NCBI GenBank assembly: GCA_000091205.1
Contig: AP006490.2
Strand: one strand, 5' to 3'
Source: Cyanidioschyzon merolae
Lineage: Eukaryota
DNA length: 64,000 nt
Part shown: positions 24,423-34,386 of the stretch, piece after piece
Layout: each line of letters begins with the position of its first letter
Numbering within the stretch: the stretch's first letter is position 1
Made by a program: the position numbers and the translations under genes
Notes under the pieces: generated by a model
The model's input: the letters and a program-made list of their open reading frames with translations, nothing else
What the model was told of the DNA's origin: nothing
Databases searched by the model: none

Positions 24423-25527
24423 CTAGACAAGACGTCTCCAACTTACGTACAGACGCCTCCCAGTCTCTTTCGACCGGCCACCCACTACTGGTTCCAACTT
24501 TTTCTCATATAATCCTACCTTAAGCGGTTGTCCAACAAAATATTCTCTTGTCAACTCCGGAGGTCTTCTTTCCATCACCGCACATTTCCTTATATTGATA
24601 GCGGCGTTAAAGTTTCGATTCACAAACTGCATGCGTTTCTTGCCATTGGTAGTTGGACTCACTAGTGCAAGTAGTCCACGAACTTTCGTCCTCCTTTCCA
24701 CTTGCTCTTTCGTCAGCGCTCCGAACATTTTTATATCCTCAGGGGTCTGCTGGCACTTTTCATCTCCAATCTCTGACGTTTACACCCCAATTGGTGGTGT
24801 GTATTGGTCGTTCGGAACTCATCTATCGGTATCGTGACGAAACGGTATGCGCACTCCTTGTACGCTCGTGTCGTTGGAGATGGCGCACACCTTTTTTTCG
24901 ACGCCCAGCGCCTTGCTCCGTATGCCACTACGAGCCTCTGACTCTTGTGCTCCTTCAGGGCGCTCAACTGATTGAAAAAGTTCGCGAGCGCGCGCCGCTT
25001 CCCACAATACAGGTTCACACGCAGAGGAGCCCACCGGCGATTTGTATACTCTTTCCACAGCGCCTCCCAATGAGCAGCGCGAACTTCCATGAATTTCAGA
25101 AAAGTCTGAAAGTCCGCTCCGCGGCTCGTCACCTCGCTCATAGCTTCCAGGTGGTCCTTCATTCCTTCGTTCCACATCTCGATTTTCTTCCTCGCATTCA
25201 TCATACCGGATTCTCGATAGTATCTCGCTCTCGAGAGCTTTAAAAGACGCATGTCTTTCTGACTTAAGTTGCCTTCAATGCCTCTTCCGCGCGCTTGGGT
25301 GCTGCGATGGCTATAATATTCGTGTTTCTGGGGTCCGCGCCAACGACAACGTCGTTCTCATGTACTTCTCGCGTCGCATGACCCGCCTCCTTCTCATCTT
25401 CATGCTTCGCCGCATCAACGACAAAGTCGGTCTCCTGCACCTCCTGCGTCGCAGGTTCCGCATCCTTCTTTTCTTCATGCTTCGCCGAGTGCGAAGCCGA
25501 AGACGGAACTGGACGATCCGCCTTCAA
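24423..25527 (-). pseudogene. C-terminal catalytic half of TnpB/Fanzor-like protein in copy A (RuvC-I, RuvC-II region, degenerate zinc ribbon, RuvC-III), split across three frames
   Basis: frames change at 25264/25252 and 24731/24728; RuvC-III Asp position is Asn (NRNF) in this copy. Confidence 0.6.
25369..25520. repeat. ~75-nt imperfect tandem duplication inside copy A (mirror in copy B at about 33037-33188)
   Basis: duplicated peptide AKHEEKKDAEPATQEVQETDFVVDA / AKHEDEKEAGHATREVHENDVVVGA immediately N-terminal to the RuvC-I motif; copy C has a single unit. Confidence 0.5.
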
Positions 25528-27996
25528 GAGCCGATAGTGTGCACATACGGGTACTCCATCGCTTTCGGTTATCCCCGTGAATATCTTTTTCTTGCCCTTA
25601 TTGAGACGTTTGAAGTCGGATATAGTTTTCCAAGAAGTCTAGAGGTTTCCACCAATAGATGCCTCCCCGCTTACATCTAACTCCGAACTGATCTCCAGCA
25701 TTACGTTGTGAATGTCGCTGGCGTCGATTGTCACAAAATGTGACTTGACGCCGCCGAGAGCAACGACGCTGAAGCGCCTCTCCGGAAACACAGCCATCCG
25801 TTTCGCCGACTCTCTATTTTCCCCCTACTCATCTGCAGTTCGGCCTTGCGTTCGAATTCTCGGTTCAGGAACACGAAATAGCGCAGGATGAGGGGATAAT
25901 ATCTTTTTCCATATCTGATACCTATTCTGCTGGGCTGACCAGCCCCAGGACCGCACGGTGCTCTTGAGCAGCCGCAGGGATCACAGAAGCTGCATTCGTG
26001 CTCTTGGTTGATGTCTTCTTGTCGACAAATTCGATCTCCTGTCCATTCTTACTATCGTTCGTGATGCTGGCAATGATGGTCCATCTCGCCCAGTGTGAGA
26101 CGCCCAAGTAGAGAGCAAAATTGGAGCGTTTCATGAAGCGTTCCAGGTTCATGGCCATATGGGTCTTTAGGTTCGTGAGGGACTTGATCGCCCCGTATTC
26201 GTAAATACGCGAGTCACCCCTCTATCGAGTACCGTTGAAGCGGTAGTTGGAGTGATGTTCGTGGAGGGCATGTAATCGCTCATTTCTCATCGACATTTAC
26301 CCTGTGCCAAATATTAGGTCACCAATAAAGGTCTTGTTGAAAAACTCTTCCGGAATCTCGAATATTTTGATGTGCGTGACGTCGCGATACATCTCCCTCG
26401 CCATATACATCAGTCCCAAAGAGGCGTAATTAACACTCCTGGAGTACGACTCCACACGGTTTCTGACGGCCTTTTGCGTCTCTTGCTCGTAGGGGTCCTT
26501 GATATGTCCAAGAAGACAGGCGTTCACTACCATCTCGTCGTACTCTCATCTTTCATGCAGCATGTGACATCGGACCTCCTGCATCTGCTTCTTCGTTTTC
26601 TCGTGTTCCTCTTTGCTCGGCGCGGTTTTTCTTTTTTTCCCGGCGGCCGGCAACATCGGCCCTTCAGGATCCCGACTTGCATGTGCGCTGCTTTCCTTTG
26701 GCGTTTTTATTTCGTCAAGATGATCGCACGTCTTCTTGCTCTTAGATGGGGCCTTCTCGGAGGGAGGGGGACTTTCGCAAGAAAAGCGACATGTGCCCCC
26801 ATGTTTTAGCGTGTGCAGAACGCTCAGCGATTTACCCAGCGCAGTGTTCATCAAAATTCTCGATAGAAAACGCTCCTTAGATGCGGCCGAACCACGGCGT
26901 GTACGAAGTAATGAGAAGCAACCCTATCCCTACAGATTCGGCAAAGACTCGAACGCAAGGGGAACGGTAAAACATCACGTTGCCCGACAGAGGGATGTTT
27001 CCAGACGTCAGGGGAAGAGTCTGCAATGATTCGACGCAGTGGTCGGTACCGTTGTATGACCGCTATCTACGAGCGAAGCTGAGGCCACCAGATGAATCCA
27101 CTCCACCCGTACCAGATGATATTCTCGTTCTCTTTGAGTTCGATCATACACACTATGGGCGCCCTGCTCCGCGAATACCCATGTACGCTCCGACAGTATC
27201 GTCCGAAGCAAGTCTCATTGACTAGAAAAACAAATCGATGCCCCTGCGCTTCAAACCGATCGCGACGATCCGAAGACGCTGTTGTTGCGATGTCGTTGGA
27301 CGATGGCCGAGCGTGAAATTGGTATTCGTTTTTCCGACTGTATCGCAGTGATTTCAGGACCACACGAACAAGCTGGTGAGTAAGAGAGACACCCGTTGTG
27401 GCTTCTATCATCGCTTTTGCCTTCCACGCGGTGATGAATCGGTTGTTTTTTACCACGGACCCCAAGCACGCTTTGTGAATATCGGTTTTTTGATACGGAG
27501 CGGGTGTAGTGGTTTCTTTCGGTGTTCCTCAACCAGCTGAGTACTCTCGAAAGACTGACCTGAAGGAGGAATACATTACTTGCACGCTTCAGTCAAGGAT
27601 ATATATCCTACATGCAAATCGCCTATGTTCTATACGGTACATTGCAGAGTGATATCGATCTCCTCCTATACACTGCAGCAGGGGTGAAACGTAATTGAGT
27701 TGAAAGAGCGCAGCTGGGAACATCGACTGTGTCGCAGTTCGCGCGCCCTGTACCGCCATTGAAATCATCGCGATCGCCGCGCTAGCGCGGGACACCATCG
27801 ATCCGATCCGCATGGCAGCTCGCGGGACGTCATCGATCCAACGGAAAACTATTTTTCGACGGACTGCTCGCATCATGAGGGTCTTTGAGAGCCTCAAATA
27901 TTAGGCTGAAGTGAAGTTTCGCTAACAATTTGGGTCCTTGCTGCTTTAAGTTGAGGTGTTTTGGTTTAGTGAGCACCTCATCTTGGGACGAATTGG

Positions 27997-30300
27997 ATGA
28001 TCCCCCGAAAACTTCCAACCAGCGAAACTCGATCGAAGCCTCCGAGCTTCGGCCATAGAGCTGGACAACGTCACCGCACGCAGCTTGTGGAACGTCAGGG
28101 AGGTCAGGAGTGGAAACACGATCATTTGGGAGAGTCCACAGAAGGCCGGTCGGTTTGTTCCTGTGAAGCTTGCCGGACACTGAGCCTAGCCGGTTTCCCG
28201 AACAGCAGCAACAGCAGCAACAGCAGCAACAGCAGCAGCAGCAGCCTCTCTGAGCTCGAGGACCGTCCACAGTGTATTGGTGGCTACTCTAGTTCTAGTG
28301 GTGGGGCCGCAGAAGGAGTCGATCAATACGTATGGGAACTGCATGAGGGTTTCAATATGGGGACACCAACCCAAACAATACAGCGTCCTGCTGAGTGTCC
28401 TAGCTTCGGTTACGGTGCTTTTCGTTCCAGACGAGCAGACTCTGGAAGCGAGCCCCTTGCTAATGAACCACTCGAAACCATGCGGGACCTCTCCATTCAT
28501 GATGCCGCGTCTCATGATACGCAAAAGCTGCCATCGATGAAGCACCGCGCTGGAGACGTGAGCTCAGTTACTGTTCCGTCAACGAATGCTAAATTTGCGG
28601 TAGCAGGGCATTCGGATGCACCGAAAATTTTCAGTTCTCCTGAGGCGGAAGCACGCCTACTGCCCTGTAGCTCATACGCAGACTCGGCTACAACGGGCTC
28701 TTCTTCATTGCATGAAGGCTTGGTTCAGCTTGATGTTGTCGATTATCGAATGCGCATAGTCTCGAAACAAATTTCGAGCAGCATGCCTGTCTACGAAACT
28801 AGGCAACTCTCAACGTCCCGCGCGAGTTCTCGGAACACGGCGGTGCTTGGACGTCTCTGGTCAGTCGCGTCACTTGGAGTCAACAGACCTAATGAGGACC
28901 GTTGGCACGTAGAACGCCAGCGTCTGATATGCGATTTCCAGTCATACGCGCCTTTCAAGCTTTCGCAAGCCAGTCTAAGATCTGAGGCGGGCACAAGCTC
29001 GGTCGCCGCTCTCAAAAGCGTGAAATGCAGCGGATCGGCTGTGGGTTTCACACGACCAGCAACTCCGCCTGGGAGTCACGATGTGGCAGAGTGTGAAGTC
29101 GCTGACTGCGACAGCGGTTTCGAATCTGATGACTCGTTTACGGTGGGCTTGTTTGATGGACACGAAGGAGCCACGTGCTGCGAGCTAGTTGGCGAACTGC
29201 TTCTAGAAACGATTCGAGACCGATGCACTAAGAATGGAAAATATACGACTATGCTCCAGGAGCTTGGAATTGAAGGCTTTGCAAGATGTCTGATAGAGAC
29301 GTTTGAATTTGTCGACAAGAAGATCCTGGAGCTCCTCTGGGAACATCTAGAGCGAAGTGGCGACGGACATTTTGCAATAACAGGAGCCTGTTGCATAACA
29401 GCAACGCTGATGAATGGTGGAAGGGATCTCTTCGTTGCCTCGCTAGGAGACTGTGAGGCCTATTTGGGCCGTCGATGTTGCGCGGCTGCGGAGCTCCCGC
29501 ATCCTCAAGAAGGAGCGAATAAGCGTATGGCTCGAAAAAATTTCGAAGCGATTCGGCTGTGTCGCTCACATAATCTTCGAATCAGCGAGAATTCGAAAGC
29601 TCTCATGGAGCGGTTTCCCAACGATCCCTCCGTAGTGCAGAAAATAGGCAATAATTTTTTCGTCAAAGGCAAGCTGCAGGTATCGCACGCCTTTGGAAAT
29701 GGATACCTGAAAGAGCAAAGATTCAACGAGCGACTCTACCCTATTTTTAGGGCGAAGTCACCTTACTGTGGAGGATACGTGTCCGCAACTCCGCATGTTG
29801 AGCATGTGTCCTTGATGGATCGGGACGAATTTCTGATTTTAGGAACGGATGGATTCTGGGAGAACGCTGAACCAGAGGTAGTCGTCGAGCTTTTGGGTCA
29901 CTTTTTTCACGATCGGGAGATTCTGGAGGGGAATCTAGACCAGATCTCAATAGATCCAAGAAGGGCAAGCGAGCTCTTGATGCAGTACGTGTGGCTTCGC
30001 CTCCACGACAGTATAGAACCCGCGAGCTTGCGTACAGCGGGCCAGACTGGTGGCAAAAGCAGTGGAAGCTGTGCTGCTGAGCCGCGCCCTCAGCTTCGTG
30101 ACGACTGCTCAGTTCTGGTTTTATTCCTCCGTCCAACGGAGATCGGGGATGCAGAAGAAGCCATATCATACACAGGCAATATGGATTGTACAGATTTTTG
30201 TGAGCAACTAGATGGTGATACCAAGGAGCGCATTCAACGTCTGCGAGCATCGATTTCCGAATGGATGCGCACATATGGCGAGCATTCCGATGAAATATGA
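27997..30300 (+). CDS. protein phosphatase 2C (PPM family), 767 aa; catalytic domain in C-terminal half, long low-complexity N-terminal region
   Basis: ATG at 27997; PP2C motifs …GLFDGHEGATCCE… and …LGTDGFWEN…; (SNS)n tract encoded by an (AACAGCAGC)n repeat. Confidence 0.85.
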   Translation: MIPRKLPTSETRSKPPSFGHRAGQRHRTQLVERQGGQEWKHDHLGESTEGRSVCSCEACRTLSLAGFPNSSNSSNSSNSSSSSLSELEDRPQCIGGYSSSSGGAAEGVDQYVWELHEGFNMGTPTQTIQRPAECPSFGYGAFRSRRADSGSEPLANEPLETMRDLSIHDAASHDTQKLPSMKHRAGDVSSVTVPSTNAKFAVAGHSDAPKIFSSPEAEARLLPCSSYADSATTGSSSLHEGLVQLDVVDYRMRIVSKQISSSMPVYETRQLSTSRASSRNTAVLGRLWSVASLGVNRPNEDRWHVERQRLICDFQSYAPFKLSQASLRSEAGTSSVAALKSVKCSGSAVGFTRPATPPGSHDVAECEVADCDSGFESDDSFTVGLFDGHEGATCCELVGELLLETIRDRCTKNGKYTTMLQELGIEGFARCLIETFEFVDKKILELLWEHLERSGDGHFAITGACCITATLMNGGRDLFVASLGDCEAYLGRRCCAAAELPHPQEGANKRMARKNFEAIRLCRSHNLRISENSKALMERFPNDPSVVQKIGNNFFVKGKLQVSHAFGNGYLKEQRFNERLYPIFRAKSPYCGGYVSATPHVEHVSLMDRDEFLILGTDGFWENAEPEVVVELLGHFFHDREILEGNLDQISIDPRRASELLMQYVWLRLHDSIEPASLRTAGQTGGKSSGSCAAEPRPQLRDDCSVLVLFLRPTEIGDAEEAISYTGNMDCTDFCEQLDGDTKERIQRLRASISEWMRTYGEHSDEI
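28201..28246 (+). repeat. trinucleotide-type microsatellite (AACAGCAGC)n/(AGC)n inside PP2C coding sequence
   Basis: aacagcagcaacagcagcaacagcagcaacagcagcagcagcagc; produces poly-Cys/poly-Leu shadow ORFs on the opposite strand. Confidence 0.8.
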
Positions 30301-30856
30301 ACATCAGCACAAACCTGAAGATGCAGCCAGTCGTGCATATTGTGAAGCGGTCTTCTCGTTCCTAGTTGTTACTGCAGGAGATTGCTTGTCCGGCTGATGC
30401 TGGGTCTCACGTATGTTAAGGGCGAGAGCAATCAAAGTGTAACCTCCGTCGAATGACAAAGGGAGCGCAACGATTGCACCTCTGTGGAACGCGGAACTCA
30501 CTGCTCTCAACGCTTCGCAGAACGACGTGGGCCATCAGCTCGGTGCGCATGTTTGCTTTGCAGCTCTCGAGAATCAAATGAACTGCTGGCGTAGCGCAAA
30601 ATAGTGCCCAATTCGCGCGCTAGTGCTTGCGTAAATTTACAAATCGTCGGGATAGAGAATTTCTCAAGTCGGCGTCAGAACAGCCCGTTCTGCCACAATC
30701 CTACACGGTGCAGCTCCACATAAAACCCTTTTCCCAACCGATCCACGAATCCGACAAGACTTTTGCTCACTTGTGGCGCAATTCTGCGAAACATGGACTG
30801 AGCAAAGGAGAAGAAGGAGCCTGTCGCTTATTCTCGTGTACAACTAACGTCTTTCG

Positions 30857-33800
30857 AATCAATTACGTTTCACCCCTGCTGCAGTGTATAGGAGGAGATC
30901 GATATCACTCTGCAATGTACCGTATAGAACATAGGCGATTTGCATGTAGGATATATATCCTTGACTGAAGCGTGCAAGTAATGTATTCCTCCTTCAGGTC
31001 AGTCTTTCGAGAGTACTCAGCTGGTTGAGGAACACCGAAAGAAACCACTACACCCGCTCCGTATCAAAAAACCGATATTCACAAAGCGTGCTTGGGGTCC
31101 GTGGTAAAAAACAACCGATTCATCACCGCGTGGAAGGCAAAAGCGATGATAGAAGCCACAACGGGTGTCTCTCTTACTCACCAGCTTGTTCGTGTGGTCC
31201 TGAAATCACTGCGATACAGTCGGAAAAACGAATACCAATTTCACGCTCGGCCATCGTCCAACGACATCGCAACAACAGCGTCTTCGGATCGTCGCGATCG
31301 GTTTGAAGCGCAGGGGCATCGATTTGTTTTTCTAGTCAATGAGACTTGCTTCGGACGATACTGTCGGAGCGTACATGGGTATTCGCGGAGCAGGGCGCCC
31401 ATAGTGTGTATGATCGAACTCAAAGAGAACGAGAATATCATCTGGTACGGGTGGAGTGGATTCATCTGGTGGCCTCAGCTTCGCTCGTAGATAGCGGTCA
31501 TACAACGGTACCGACCACTGCGTCGAATCATTGCAGACTCTTCCCCTGACGTCTGGAAACATCCCTCTGTCGGGCAACGTGATGTTTTACCGTTCCCCTT
31601 GCGTTCGAGTCTTTGCCGAATCTGTAGGGATAGGGTTGCTTCTCATTACTTCGTACACGCCGTGGTTCGGCCGCATCTAAGGAGCGTTTTCTATCGAGAA
31701 TTTTGATGAACACTGCGCTGGGTAAATCGCTGAGCGTTCTGCACACGCTAAAACATGGGGGCACATGTCGCTTTTCTTGCGAAAGTCCCCCTCCCTCCGA
31801 GAAGGCCCCATCTAAGAGCAAGAAGACGTGCGATCATCTTGACGAAATAAAAACGCCAAAGGAAAGCAGCGCACATGCAAGTCGGGATCCTGAAGGGCCG
31901 ATGTTGCCGGCCGCCGGGAAAAAAAGAAAAACCGCGCCGAGCAAAGAGGAACACGAGAAAACGAAGAAGCAGATGCAGGAGGTCCGATGTCACATGCTGC
32001 ATGAAAGATGAGAGTACGACGAGATGGTAGTGAACGCCTGTCTTCTTGGACATATCAAGGACCCCTACGAGCAAGAGACGCAAAAGGCCGTCAGAAACCG
32101 TGTGGAGTCGTACTCCAGGAGTGTTAATTACGCCTCTTTGGGACTGATGTATATGGCGAGGGAGATGTATCGCGACGTCACGCACATCAAAATATTCGAG
32201 ATTCCGGAAGAGTTTTTCAACAAGACCTTTATTGGTGACCTAATATTTGGCACAGGGTAAATGTCGATGAGAAATGAGCGATTACATGCCCTCCACGAAC
32301 ATCACTCCAACTACCGCTTCAACGGTACTCGATAGAGGGGTGACTCGCGTATTTGCGAATACGGGGCGATCAAGTCCCTCACGAACCTAAAGACCCATAT
32401 GGCCATGAACCTGGAACGCTTCATGAAACGCTCCAATTTTGCTCTCTACTTGGGCGTCTCACACTGGGCGAGATGGACCATCATTGCCAGCATCACGAAC
32501 GATAGTAAGAATGGACAGGAGATCGAATTTGTCGACAAGAAGACATCAACCAAGAGCACGAATGCAGCTTCTGTGATCCCTGCGGCTGCTCAAGAGCACC
32601 GTGCGGTCCTGGGGCTGGTCAGCCCAGCAGAATAGGTATCAGATATGGAAAAAGATATTATCCCCTCATCCTGCGCTATTTCGTGTTCCTGAACCGAGAA
32701 TTCGAACGCAAGGCCGAACTGCAGATGAGTAGGGGGAAAATAGAGAGTCGGCGAAACGGATGGCTGTGTTTCCGGAGAGGCGCTTCAGCGTCGTTGCTCT
32801 CGGCGGCGTCAAGTCACATTTTGTGACAATCGACGCCAGCGACATTCACAACGTAATGCTGGAGATCAGTTCGGAGTTAGATGTAAGCGGGGAGGCATCT
32901 ATTGGTGGAAACCTCTAGACTTCTTGGAAAACTATATCCGACTTCAAACGTCTCAATAAGGGCAAGAAAAAGATATTCACGGGGATAACCGAAAGCGATG
33001 GAGTACCCGTATGTGCACACTATCGGCTCTTGAAGGCGGATCGTCCAGTTCCGTCTTCGGCTTCGCACTCGGCGAAGCATGAAGAAAAGAAGGATGCGGA
33101 ACCTGCGACGCAGGAGGTGCAGGAGACCGACTTTGTCGTTGATGCGGCGAAGCATGAAGATGAGAAGGAGGCGGGTCATGCGACGCGAGAAGTACATGAG
33201 AACGACGTTGTCGTTGGCGCGGACCCCAGAAACACGAATATTATAGCCATCGCAGCACCCAAGCGCGCGGAAGAGGCATTGAAGGCAACTTAAGTCAGAA
33301 AGACATGCGTCTTTTAAAGCTCTCGAGAGCGAGATACTATCGAGAATCCGGTATGATGAATGCGAGGAAGAAAATCGAGATGTGGAACGAAGGAATGAAG
33401 GACCACCTGGAAGCTATGAGCGAGGTGACGAGCCGCGGAGCGGACTTTCAGACTTTTCTGAAATTCATGGAAGTTCGCGCTGCTCATTGGGAGGCGCTGT
33501 GGAAAGAGTATACAAATCGCCGGTGGGCTCCTCTGCGTGTGAACCTGTATTGTGGGAAGCGGCGCGCGCTCGCGAACTTTTTCAATCAGTTGAGCGCCCT
33601 GAAGGAGCACAAGAGTCAGAGGCTCGTAGTGGCATACGGAGCAAGGCGCTGGGCGTCGAAAAAAAGGTGTGCGCCATCTCCAACGACACGAGCGTACAAG
33701 GAGTGCGCATACCGTTTCGTCACGATACCGATAGATGAGTTCCGAACGACCAATACACACCACCAATTGGGGTGTAAACGTCAGAGATTGGAGATGAAAA

Positions 33801-34202
33801 GTGCCAGCAGACCCCTGAGGATATAAAAATGTTCGGAGCGCTGACGAAAGAGCAAGTGGAAAGGAGGACGAAAGTTCGTGGACTACTTGCACTAGTGAGT
33901 CCAACTACCAATGGCAAGAAACGCATGCAGTTTGTGAATCGAAACTTTAACGCCGCTATCAATATAAGGAAATGTGCGGTGATGGAAAGAAGACCTCCGG
34001 AGTTGACAAGAGAATATTTTGTTGGACAACCGCTTAAGGTAGGATTATATGAGAAAAAGTTGGAACCAGTAGTGGGTGGCCGGTCGAAAGAGACTGGGAG
34101 GCGTCTGCACGTTAGTTGGAGACGTCTTGTCTAGGGCGGCTTCCTCGCTACTACTGTCCACCGCCGGCAGCAACGTTTTTCTTTTGAAAGGCGTTCGCTG
34201 TC
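30857..34202 (+). mobile_element. Fanzor/TnpB-like element, full-length copy B (mirror of copy A), sense on plus strand
   Basis: exact reverse-complement of copy A apart from about 4 substitutions and a 6-nt gacagc duplication near 34196-34207; ORF pieces 31092..31490, 31703..32011, 32024..32260, 32399..32635, 33030..33293, 33305..33826, 33829..34134. Confidence 0.65.
33030..34134 (+). pseudogene. C-terminal catalytic half of TnpB/Fanzor-like protein in copy B (mirror of 24423..25527)
   Basis: identical translation to copy A except one residue (…RRLHVSW… vs …RRLYVSW…). Confidence 0.6.
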
Positions 34203-34386
34203 GCTGTCGTGGCCTGCACAGAGCGAGCGCTCAGGATATTCTTCTAGCAACTAAGGTGTCCTGGGTTGAAAGCCTGGTATCCTGCGCAGTCAGAAGTACT
34301 TTTACTGGCACGTGATGATTGGAAGCAGTGGAGCTGTGCTCCGGGGCTTCCAGGTTTCGACTTCGTGATTCAGAGCCAGCTTCAAA

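Larger units (their letters stand above)
24355..27700 (-). mobile_element. Fanzor/TnpB-like (OMEGA-type RuvC nuclease) element, full-length copy A; coding sense on minus strand; ORF interrupted
   Basis: Minus-strand ORF pieces in order: 27067..27465, 26546..26854 (lysine-rich, NLS-like KKRKTAPSKEEHEKTKK), 26297..26533, 25922..26158, 25264..25527 (RuvC-I-like DVVVGADPRNTNIIAIAAP), 24731..25252 (…LVVAYGARRW…APSPTTRAY…IPIDEFRTTNTHHQLGC…), 24423..24728 (RuvC-III-like KRMQFVNRNFNAAINI). The order and spacing match TnpB/Fanzor. The arms correspond to whole elements, because homology to copy C ends at the same points. Confidence 0.65.
24355..34202. repeat. large inverted repeat (palindrome-like): arms 24355-27700 and 30857-34202 (~3.35 kb each), spacer 27701-30856 carrying the PP2C gene
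   Basis: All six-frame ORFs in the arms occur as exact mirror pairs whose coordinates sum to 58557 (e.g. 26372..26809+ = 31748..32185-; 24731..25252- = 33305..33826+). Hand alignment of the termini shows only 4 mismatches plus a 6-nt indel, all in the outer ~110 nt. Confidence 0.92.

Noticed and set aside
25252-25264. Spliceosomal intron explaining the frame change between the RuvC-I piece and the next piece
   Set aside because: The only GT…AG candidate in the junction is 9 nt long. Every copy has additional private stops. So pseudogenisation fits better than splicing; RNA data could still overturn this.
26546-26548. In-frame TGA inside the element ORF, which might indicate TGA reassignment (alternative genetic code or selenocysteine)
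   Set aside because: TGA, TAA and TAG each terminate well-conserved host genes at the expected C-termini (MT-A70 uses TGA, RUVBL1 and RF1 use TAA, XPF uses TAG). The element copies also carry frameshifts, so a simple nonsense mutation is the better explanation.
24653-26809. Numerous 80-196-aa ORFs on the strand opposite the element coding sense (e.g. 24653..25243+, 26372..26809+) and in the mirror arm
   Set aside because: They are shadow or antisense frames of the TnpB/Fanzor-like ORF. They have no motifs of their own and exist as mirror pairs only because the DNA is palindromic.
27830-28270. 146-aa minus-strand ORF with a (Cys)22 run
   Set aside because: Artefact of reading the (AACAGCAGC)n microsatellite of the PP2C coding region on the opposite strand.
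24355-34202. CRISPR array or Cas locus, considered because a TnpB-like nuclease and repeats are present
   Set aside because: There are no short direct repeats with unique spacers. The repeats are kilobase-scale inverted transposon copies in an otherwise eukaryotic gene context (RPS14, XPF, forkhead).
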